Positions 24,400 to 35,229 of a DNA stretch of 38,362 bases are shown here, piece after piece. The stretch is taken from the NCBI GenBank assembly GCA_000934665.2, contig KZ538207.1:62001-100362 (forward strand), written 5' to 3'. A program made the translations under genes and the position numbers. The notes below the pieces were generated by a model. It ran no database searches and was not told where the DNA came from. It was given only the letters and a program-made list of their open reading frames with translations. Positions within the stretch are counted from its first letter, which is position 1; each line of letters begins with the position of its first letter. This stretch comes from Catajapyx aquilonaris. Lineage: Eukaryota.

Positions 24400-27300
24400 T
24401 ATTACTGTTTCTCAAAGGCTTTGCATAAAATGTTTGCAATAACAATGGTGTGACAAATTGAATCAATTACTGATCCATGACATTTCCCTAAAATAAACAG
24501 CATATGCATTTGCTGTCACATTAAAAAAAATATATTATCGCAAAATAAGAAGTTCATAATCCTCCCATAACGGTTTTTTTTAAATAAGGTGAAGAGTGCA
24601 TATATGTTATAGTTCATGAGATTCCAAAGGATGAATTCAGACTCCCTTACTCTCACACGTTATTAAAAGAGGGGGGCCTCAAGTTATTAAAATATTTCCC
24701 AAATTTATGGATACCTCTCACGCCCTGAAAGCATGCTCACTGTTCATGGAATGTCAGAAATTCCGTTCAAAATGGCACCATAAATATCCACCTCCGCCCT
24801 TTAGTGGGTCAAGGCTGCACAAATTGATACCATTTTGACAAATCGAAACCCAAAAGTCTGCAGACTGGAAAGCTCCAAATGATACACAAAATTGCGAATA
24901 TTTTATACACAAGAAGTTGGGGACCTGTCCTGATGGATGTTGCTTGATGAATGAATAATGCACCGTATCAATATGTTGATCTTGTATCCTGTGCGTCACA
25001 CAACCCATCCAACATGGCTGCCGCTATGTTATTAGGCTGGTGCAATAGAATTTAATTATCCAGGCAAGGTTACCGCGTGGGAAGGACGGAGTGGCGAAAC
25101 AGAAGGTGGTAAGGAGGGATGATTCAGCCTCTCATTGAATATTCTACTAATGGCAGCTAGGCGCTAAGAGAAGGAAAAAAAGAAATGAAGGAAAATAAAC
25201 TTTAGGGTGGAGCTATTCAGGAACACAAAACACGGGCCAAAAAGCACTCAAATTTAACTACAATCCTCATTAAGTGTTGTGAACTCGGCTCTTAGCGAGT
25301 TGATAACATGACACTGGAATACCTTGAGGACATTATTATCGGGACTTTGAAAAGTAAAAGGTAATCTACCTGACAAGTAAGAGGTGCTTAACCTCAGGCA
25401 TTCCAAGAGGTCACTATCAATGATTAGTCACCATGTCCAGGTATTGCCCAGCAAACTGGACTAATCAGACTTGAAAACTACCAGAAGAAACTTTGTCTGC
25501 GCAAACTTTATGGAAGATGTAGCACGTGCTTAATTTTGAACCCGAATCGGACACGAACAGTGGGGAGGAAATCTCATGAATTGCGAACCAATGCCAAGGA
25601 CTTCCTTCCAAAACTGCTAAATTGTTGGCCAAGTTTCATCCACGAGCGTCTCTCAGATTTAATAATGGATCTTGATCACTATTTAATGGGCATGTCGTAA
25701 TCTCTGCCGCGAGCTGAATTATAAAGCTCCAGTTAAACGAAGCCTGTTCAGATGGGAACGGCTGTTAATTCCTAACAGATTTCTAGTGGTTTTCGCTTCA
25801 ATTTGTGCTCAAGACTGTAAAAAAAATGCGTAATATTTTCCGATACATTCCACTTGAAAACCTTTTTATTTTTAACTGACCCAATGTAGTATCTTTTTCT
25901 GTGTGTATATCTATACATGAAAAGCAGGGCTGTCGCTTCGTATATGAAACATTTCATATCCAAATATTTCCAGAGTACATTGTGACACAAAAGCCAATTC
26001 AGTCGAAAGGGCATGAACCGCTCAAATCCGAATCGAATGAAAGCATCCTCCTAAATCGATTAATGAAGTTAAGCAAACCGCATAAATCTCTGTCTGGCCT
26101 CGATTCTCTCTCAAAGAAAAGATCCCCCCTCATCCCAAAAGCATTTTGGCGACATCATTTGGAGACAATCTATCTACAGGGTGGTGCACTGCCCAAATAC
26201 CCAAACGAATATTGTAAGAAATGACAGATTGTTTATTCCACCAACCGGTTTTTAAAAAAAATGTGATTGTTGCTTCTGTTGCACGTTTGCTTTTGGTGTA
26301 ATTATTTGTTGTAATGTTACCCTCCTCAGTTTTGTGACATGGGTAATGTCATATCCTGTACACCTCTGACGTCACAGCTCAATTGCCAACTCGGTGTTAA
26401 TCAGGTCAGCTGATAATTAGGCGCCTTGGGGGACCTCATAACATGCCTCTGTCATTGCCAAACGGTCCTCCCATCCAAAATGCGAATATCTCACCCCCAC
26501 CTTTTGCCCAAAATTGAATCCAGTCAATCAAATATCACCGATTGATTCTGACACGTAACTTGTCTGTCGCTACAGGGTGTTTGTACCCGGATGGGTCTGT
26601 GGCACTGAACAAAAAGGGCGGAGTCCCCGGAATCTATTTTGGGGCAGCTAGGCAGATTTCATTTCCACCGACAGTTTTTTTCTAAGGCACATCCTCTTGC
26701 TCTCTAGAAAAACATCTATTTTTTTGTGTTTATTTTTCAGAAAAAAAAATTTGGGATATAATTTTGACCCGGATTATTAGGTCGTTTGCATCGTTGTAAG
26801 TGCGAGATAAACGATTTGTGAATGTGCGGTTGGCATTCTCCTGCATATAAATAAGGGCAAAGTTGACAGGACACTGCCAAACATTCTCTACAGGGTGATC
26901 CAGAAGTATTGTTCACGACGACTTGCATCGAGGGCTCTGACATCACTTGTGGTCATATTAAACGCGTTAATTGTAGCTTAACAGTTGCGAACAATGGATA
27001 ATACATAATAGCAAGAAGTAATATAAAAATCGGGATATAGAAATGCCAGTTATTTTTTCCTTAATTGTTGCCAAAAAATTGAAAATTGAAAATTGTTAGC
27101 AAATTTTAATACTCAAAATAACAGAATTAAAGGTTATGTTGATCTACCTACAATAATTGCAATAATTGTTGTGCACCTCGGCCATGTGATATTCACCAAA
27201 TAAAAGGTAAATATTGTCGTACGATTTGCATTTTTTAAAAATGATACAAACGCTCACTTCTGTATTGTCTCATACTGTACAATAGCACGTAGCAAAAAAC

Positions 27301-28581
27301 CGGAGAAAACATGAATGATCAGCTGAAGGCCAAGGTACTACGAACTTGGAACTAAAAATACGAAGACTAAGAAAAGACATTTAAATTGGAGGCCAGACGA
27401 AGAGAGACAAGAAGAAGAAGAAAAAAAAAAAAGAAGTAAGGAAACAAGAAAGCACAAAAAAAAAAAGCTATAATATGTATGTGATCCTCACCAGCTGGTG
27501 GTAATTTTCCCTTCCCCAAGCTCTCGCACCAGGTTATCAAGAGTAACAATCAGTGAGTCATATTGACTCAGCCTCGCTAATCTTTACAACCACCCAAAGA
27601 ACAATTCAGATAACGGAGAACAAATCGAATGTTGGAAAAGTAGGGAGCGGAGGGAAAAAAAACGACGGAAAATTGCCCTTGAGTATGATATCAAAGCTGT
27701 AATGTAATGGTTGAAGAGTCTCCTAATAATGCTTCAAGTGTGTGACACCCAAATATTAAATTAATAATCAGGTAATACATTATATACCGGTATATAAAAA
27801 CATGGGCAGTTCTAGTTCAGCCTGGAAGATGCATAATTTTATCAAATTTGAATGTTATGGCGATCACTGCTTAATATGATTTCATAATTAGAATTGATTT
27901 AAAAAAAAAGTAATTCCTCTGAAGCAGCTACTTCCAGGGGGAATTAAAATATGCTACTGCTGCTCAAAGCCAGTGATATGACTATGTTAATTGCTACTTT
28001 TCCCCAAAAAATATAGAATATAAGCAGGAATAAATGTAATTCATGTAATGTCAGTTGCTCTTGACAGTACTTTTAATACAGCATGTATAAAATACCAATG
28101 TGAGGTTAAATAAAAGCAGCTTTGTCGACAGCTTCAGAAAGACAGAAGGTGTATTGTACAGTATATTCTAAAAAGGTAATATCCTCGATTACTGATGTCA
28201 GTAGTTAAATATCACAAATGAGATTCGACATCATCACATATTAATCAACTATTATAGTTAGTTATGATATTGATTCCTGCAAAAGTAACTCGAATAGTTA
28301 ATAAAAAGCAGTATGCACCAAAATATGGGTAACCGAACAGATGACAACAGTTTCATATGTACACTGCAGTCACACAAACAGTGTAGACATGGATTCTGTG
28401 TAATCTGATAAGAGAAATATCTTATTATAAATTCTGTGAGTTAGTATCTTTCTGTACAGTACATATACAAAAGGATAATTAAAACTAACCTTGCCTTTGG
28501 GAAAGTCTGACTGCAACAGTATGGATGTCCTTTAAAAAAGCCTAATGCAAAAAGTTGAATTACAGTAATCATCAATGTTAT

Positions 28582-28633
28582 TTATTATTATTATTATTAG
28601 TAGTAGTAGTAGTAGTATTGTTGTTGTTGTTAT
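28582..28633. repeat. Compound trinucleotide microsatellite (TTA)n(GTA)n(TTG)n
   Basis: Directly visible. Confidence 0.95.
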
Positions 28634-29815
28634 TCCAAATCATTACATTCTATGGGGCATGCCAATCACTACATCTAAACTGCCTCAAATTCCCACCACA
28701 TGTGCAGAGAATTTTGAATATTAATCTAGATCTACCATAAATTGTGCACATTTTTCTACTTCCAGCCAACAATTTGAATAATAATGGAATGTAGCTCAGA
28801 GCTAGACATCCCAAATTGACAAATGCAATGAGCTGACACGATGCCAAAGCCCCCCCAATGTTACGGTGCCAATGCACCGCTGTGCCAAATAGGAGCGACT
28901 GGCATTCTTCACTTCGGTTAGTTTAAAGGTCACCCACAGCAACAGATTAGGTAAGTTAGGTTCAGGTCAAAGACCTCGTGAAGATCAAAATATTGCCCTC
29001 ACTTTGTAGCATTTCCAAAATTGAAGAGTTGATACTAGGCATGTCATATTTCACCATAGACTGTCAGCGTATATGGCATCAATATACTGAACAAATTAAA
29101 ACATTATCCTCAAAAAAGTGACAATAATGACTGATTGCAACTGATGCAAATCATGAAGAAATATACAAACTCCATTACACAACTTTTAATGTCCCTGACA
29201 ACATCAGTAATTACCACAAGATATAGCAGAAAATGATATTAAAAATTGCACTAAAAGAAAACAATGGTCTATCACTAACTAATTTTTGCTGGTGGTACAG
29301 CACTCACGTACTGTAATCTGACAAGGTGAAGTCTTAAGTATAACCTGTACGGTACTGCTGACTCATTCTGCAAATAGCCTACCACAAGGCTTATTCATTT
29401 TACCAAAATACCTATTACATAAATGCATTATTATTTTGAGTTAGTCATTTACTCGCTGAATTTACCAAGTGATATATGAATACGTTTACTTCAGTTTTAA
29501 AATCACCATCTACTGATTTCTCCCAGCAAGTGCCAAGATATATGATGATGCCAAATGCAAGAAAATTTTGCCAGAATTATTATGATAATACCTCTCTCGT
29601 ATGATTCACACTTTAACATGCACATGCAATACACATTACTGTCATCAGACGTAGGATTGCGTAAACCTCGGATGCCCACAATATCAAGTAGTCGGCCATA
29701 ACCACAATTGAATTAATGTAAGAAGGCTTTCATGCTAGATAGAATTTATTAAAAAATTTCAATAACATTAAAAAAATGCAATAGCAATATAAATAAAATA
29801 CATAGATAACAAATA

Positions 29816-29915
29816 CAGTAAAACCTTGATATAACGCTCCCTCATATGACGCTAACCCGCTTATAACGCTACTTTCGGGCAGTCCCTTGAAGAGCGTTAT
29901 ATCGAGGTTTTACTG
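29816..29915. mobile_element. 100-bp Tigger/pogo-type MITE with 24-bp TIRs and TA TSD
   Basis: TA|cagtaaaaccttgatataacgctc ... gagcgttatatcgaggttttactg|TA; one mismatch. Confidence 0.9.
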
Positions 29916-29917
29916 TA

Positions 29918-30230
29918 GTAAATAAATAAATAATACGTTGCTAACAAAATAAATAATAAATACCAAACAAGAAACAAATAGAAAAGAAATAAATACATAA
30001 TAAAATAGTAAACTAATAACACATAAAATAAATTAATACACAGACAATAAATATTAAATAAAAACAATAAAATAGCAAATACATAATAAAATAGCAATAC
30101 CGAAAAAAATTGAAAATACAAAAATAGTAAATAACTAAGCGATAAAATAATTTATAAATATTCAATTGTATAAACATTGGTAGATAATCAAGAAATAAAT
30201 ATATTAATGAATAACAAATATGAACAAAAT
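29918..30230. repeat. A-rich low-complexity tract (degenerate AAAT-like)
   Basis: Dominated by aaataaat/aaatac/aaataa words. Confidence 0.85.
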
Positions 30231-30971
30231 AATATGCATCCTAATCATCGCTAGAAATAATATTCCTCTTGCATGCGCAATGAATGCGACATTATTTAAC
30301 CTAGCGGCAATCTCGCACTCCTTCATAATGAAGACGACGACAGTATCCACGATTACGTGCAATGTGTCAAAACTGCCTTGGTAGCCACATTTAACACTTG
30401 CCGTGACAATGAAACGTATCATGCCAAAACATACTGCCGTCGTCTGCTTGCTTCAGCATCACCTACGTGCCCCTACCAAGCGTGACATTCACGGTACTCA
30501 TTTCAGATCACACCGTGCCATTGACCTCACCATTCTGAACCACTCTGTGGACAAAACATGATTAAAAATGCAGCAGTCACTCACCACTCATTGGGTTGGC
30601 TGCGAGGACACCCACTTCCACAGACCCCCAACACCTCTCGTCCAGCGAGGAAACTCCAAAAAAAAAACCAAGGCCAAGGCGCGGTTGGCCCCCTCCAAAA
30701 AATTAATAACAATAAACAGCACGAGTACAAATTGAGAGAAAATTCAGAACAATTAATTTTTTTCCCCTTCGGTTTATCAGTGTCCGGGGCTTGTTATCCT
30801 ACTTTTGAAGGCTAATATGTCGCTTGCGGTTGATTGATTGGCTCTGGTAGGATGCGACTGATCATGTGGATTCCAGAGGAGCCGGGAGAGAGAGGCGACA
30901 ACCCGTAGTCGCTGATTTCTTGGCAGGAATTGCCCGGGACCGACTTGCTCCTACGGTTCAGTCGTCGCCAT

Positions 30972-30976
<5 letters not shown>

Positions 30977-31002
<26 letters not shown>
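30977..31002. repeat. (CT)13 microsatellite
   Basis: Directly visible. Confidence 0.95.
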
Positions 31003-31004
<2 letters not shown>

Positions 31005-31283
31005 CCTTCGGATCAAAAAGAGAAAAAAAAGAAAAAAAAGTTCATTCCGCGAGGTTGGGCACACTGTACGGGATTGGTAGCACTGCGGTCCGGTTCAGAA
31101 CTGGAACTTATATTAAAGCGAGCAAGACCTGTTTTTCGGGATTTACAAATATTTAGAATGAGACAACTTTAATATTTTTGTTAAAATGAATTGTTGTTTT
31201 ACTTGTGGATAGCATGGATGGACGTAGTGTGGAATTAGGGCGGCAGATGGTGGTGGTGGGCGGAAAGGTAAATTCTGAAGGTG

Positions 31284-31297
31284 CTGCCATCTAGTGG
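31284..31297 (-). promoter_or_regulatory. CTCF-like binding motif
   Basis: The reverse complement CCACTAGATGGCAG fits the CTCF core CCASYAGRKGGCRS. Sequence match only. Confidence 0.35.
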
Positions 31298-32859
31298 GTA
31301 CAATTATTAGTATTAGCCTGTATACAGTAAATACCGTATTTGTTAGTCACTTGCATTCAAGACAAAAAAAGAGACTTGAATGCACGTGACGTACATTTTT
31401 CGAAGCATAACACATACCAGTGTATACCAGGGGAAACCCGCAAAAATATTTGGCAATTTTTCTAGCATAGGCCCTACATGCCATGCAACTATTGCGTCGA
31501 CGATTGGCCGATGTTGCCTCTTATTACGCAAACGGAATATGTGTCAATCAGGACATTATTTTGTTGCTCGATTCGCAGGACACATCAGAAGTATAAACAT
31601 GTTTGATGAAATATGATAATATTCACATTTTACTGTATGGCAAGCATAATTATGCCAGCATATTGGGTCTATTATTATTATCAAGGAATGACAGGTTGAT
31701 AGTATTATTGCGAGGGCTAGTTTGTGAGTGGTTGTGATCTGGGAGGATGGGGTGGGCTTTGATGAGATCCACTGTTGAATAAGATGCTGACCAGTAGTCC
31801 TCATCTATAAGCAGGTGAGCAGTGTTGCTAGTTCGAGGTGTTGCCTCCTGCTAAGGACAGTCCATCCAGTGAGATGAATTGGTTTTTGGGATTAGCTTGC
31901 ATAAGAAGTTCCGTTCTTTGTTGCCCCAGTTATTATTCACGATGGATGATGCTAATCTGCTCTGTGTATACTAATTGAATGGTGTGTGAACATTTAAGGA
32001 CCAATTTATTATTTGTTGATAAAAATTCTTATTACTGTTGTTCCTCTAACAACAATAAATGGCAAGAGTGTCGATGTGAAATTGATAAAAATTCAGAGTG
32101 TAAAGTTCAGACATTTTGTTTTCTAGAAGTTATTTTTGTTCGTTTGCGAAACACATTGAATTTGTCCTCGGACTTATTGATTTGTAATATTTAACTTTTT
32201 GGCGACGTACGGATAATCCCGATAATCCGCACCCGGTTAATCGGCAGTAAAGTGCATTTACACATGGCTAACGAGGAAGGTAGGCCTACAGTAGCTTGAA
32301 ATTTAACTTAATTTTAATTACACACGGTTTGGGCATAAGATGTTATTATAATTCATCATGGATAATCAAAGATGGCTGTCACTTAATGGCTTGTCAAATT
32401 AATTGGCATTATCAGAACAACGGGTGATTCTGGAGTTACTGATAATAACATGAAACCAGCTGGTTGTAACATTGTTGGTAAAGCGCCTGGAAACATAATG
32501 TTACATGAAGTCACTGCAATAATAATTATTTTAAGGCAAGATGTGGAACAAATAACGTGATGATTGCATAAACGGCAGGCCATTCATGCTGCCTATTTCT
32601 TTGAATTTTGAGAGAGAAACAGTAGGCTAATCACAGGGAATGCAACAAATCTGTAATCTGTTATGGCAGGTTAAAATCTGTGGATCTCAATTTTTATGCA
32701 GTTGAGGAACATAGACCTATCTTGAAATTTAACACTAAATATTACTCAGCAACATCACAATATAGGTGATTGTGTGACTCAAATGACTGCCAGACGAGTA
32801 ACTAATTTTACAACTATTCTTCTGTAAATATGGTTTGCAATTAGCCCCATTTTACATGC

Positions 32860-33740
32860 TTCATTTTGCAAACTGGCATTTTTCGTACATGCGTGCTTCC
32901 TTGACGTTGACTTTTATCTGCTCTATTAAGACTATTCTTGTATCCAATTTCCTTGATCCCCTTTCATCCTACAAGGCATCGGGCGATTTTTGCAGACACT
33001 CTCCAAGCAGTATCGGTCGAGTCCAATGTTTTATCTTGTGGGGCCAGTTTGCCCCGGGGCTTAGTTGGCCCCGGTAGCTGTGTGTCCGGTCCACATCTCT
33101 GCTGGAGGCAGACTTCTTCTGCTGCCACACCTGCCCTCATGGGCACTATAGAGTACATGGTGTTCCCAAAGGGCCCTTGCGAGTCTGTCTTTTATGAGAG
33201 GACAACACTAGTGCTTTTGGTTTCTCATTGGGATGACCTTCGACCGGGTCCCGAGTAGGCGCACCCTGTACCGCACGACCACCGATGGACAGAAGACTTG
33301 ATTGAACTCTATAATCATGCGGTCACTCACGCGATGAGTTGCGACGGAATACAATGTCTCGTCTGGGTGTCATATCCCGCGTGTTTAATTATAGCCTTCA
33401 CTTGGCATATAATGTCTCCGTGTGCGTACACCCGACGTGTCTCGCTGTATATCCGGAGTGCTCATCGTGCCGCATGGTTATCGATGCTGCGAAGGTCAGA
33501 AGGTGAGAAGTGTTCGAAAAAGGCACCAGGATATAAGGCAATGTGCTTCGGCTGCTGGTTGTGACTCCAGAGGATGTGATGAACTGTTGGTGGGGTGGTC
33601 CCCCGTACAATTCTGTCACAAATGTGCGAGGGTGTATTCAGAGAGTGTTGTGAGATGACCCCGAGCATCTGTTGCCCAGGCTGTTCTTTTCAACCCGAAT
33701 ATTTTGTGGACAACTTGAGCTTATTCTATTGGCGACGGAA
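32860..33740 (-). mobile_element. Degenerate RTE-clade LINE reverse transcriptase fragment
   Basis: LYGG..QQFITSSGV (cf. YDG..S..F.I.SGVKQG); RDM..DE....THRVSDRMIIEFNQVFC (cf. RDMLFADD.AL.AH...LQRL.D.FS.AC); RAG...E..LQQR; DSTDTAWRVSA...KGIKE (cf. IDTDTWE..A.DR..WR..I..G). It appears internally shortened. Confidence 0.5.
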
Positions 33741-35229
33741 TTAAATGTGTACAGTTGAGCCATTCATATAATTCAGATCAGATCGCGGACACTGCAATAC
33801 CAGCACCTGTGACCACTCATATGACTCTGATAATATTGCAATATATACTCGTCAGAGGTCAGAATTTATAAGGTGAGATAGTCAGGAAATTTCATTCTCA
33901 CTAGATGCTGAGCCAATCAGGATAAGTCAGAGTTTTATAAGCAGAGTGTCACTTCCAAAATGATGCATGACATGAAATATTACTGCACCAGTTATTTACA
34001 CGCTTTAGACAGAGAAGTATACGGGCATGTATAGGCATGAACAGCAAATAGTTGATTTTTTTTTGTAGAATATTACATTGCTTGAAAGCTGACGAAGTCA
34101 TGCTTACTGTTTTTGCAGTGTCTTTGTGTATAGAAGAAAGAATGTGTAATTGCTTTCAATTTGAGTAAGAAATAATATCCAGGAAGATAATCATACCGGT
34201 ATGGCCTGGATACGTATATTTTGTAGGTCGATATCAAGTGTAAATTGCATTTCCTGTGTTTAATCTTGTTCATTTTCCGATCAGCACTCAGGTACGTGAA
34301 GGTACAGAGATGCACAAGTGTTTTTGGTGTGCATTTTCTGATAACACCATGGTGCGATCGAAGTGCTCGGAAATTGTATTTGTCTGAACCTGCCCTGTCC
34401 AGCCTATGTCGTAATATTGTGACAAAATAAGTCTCGCCCTTGGTAGGTGGTTAAGTGACACTCATATAAACATCTTTTATAATTATTGTCAATACTGTAG
34501 TTCCCTTCAACGTATGGCAATACATTATTGTCAGATATACCGGTAAGTACACTGCCTGTAAGGTATATTACAAGTGCTGATGAATATTCGCCCTATATTG
34601 AATTCAGATCTATAAGGTTGACATTAATATTTTTCAGTTTTATGCTGGAAGGGTGGAAAAATAGGCACTGAAAATCTCCGTTTAGTCGCTGGTTTTACTT
34701 TAACACCGAAGTCGCATTTTACAAGTTAATTTCTAGTAGCAAAGCGTAAACAGGCGTAAATCATCAATATTTTTGCAGGAAGAATTAAATGTCTGATTGT
34801 GTGTCCAAGTATTTGATCAAAAAATCAAGGAAATTATGAAAGAATTCTTTGAATGATAGTCCACGACTAATCTGTTAATTAATGTTCGACTCCTCAATTT
34901 ATAACTGGGTGATTTACAAACATTAACATGCACTTCCTGTACTCTGATCCACTGTCTGTACTCGCAATCGGTTGAGCTTCTCTTTGTGGTCGCAAGAGAG
35001 CGCAATCCTGGTGAAGATTTGTGCTGCCCTAACATGGCGCTGCCATCCAGTGGCCACAACATGTACCAATTGAAGCAGCTTCAATACAGTACTGTACATA
35101 TGTTGTACAGTGTACAGTACAAGGAACAGTATCATGCAGTACTCAGCAGTAGCCTATAGTATATCCGGGCAATACGCATCAAAAGGTAAAATTTGCTTCG
35201 TCGTGGGCCTGTTTGAAGCATATCGAGTA

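Larger units (their letters stand above)
25370..30960 (-). pseudogene. Degenerate receptor tyrosine kinase (FN3 - TM - TK)
   Basis: FN3-like SVPGN...YGLSPLSPGSS (~30870-30940), EVGVLAANP| and GTV*SEMSTVNVT; TM-like VIVDTVVVFIMK (~30320-30360). Kinase motifs follow in order: DNLVRELGEG (27509-27538); RRE..LDHP.N..FG....PLFI.QE (26945-26800); QNAFGM...DRDL...FG..R (26150-26018); MPIK* (25693-25679); LEGSPW; CW (25453-25448). Several gtgag/gtta donors are present. Confidence 0.55.

Noticed and set aside
28555..28740. ORF with poly-L/poly-V resembling a signal peptide or TM segment
   Set aside because: It is a translation of the compound microsatellite.
29897..30121. Hydrophobic 74-aa ORF rich in F/Y/L/I
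   Set aside because: It arises from the A-rich low-complexity tract.
30963..30976. aaaATGGCG start-like or YY1-like motif on the minus strand
   Set aside because: There is an in-frame stop after six codons and no signal peptide. The downstream sequence looks like an internal FN3 segment.
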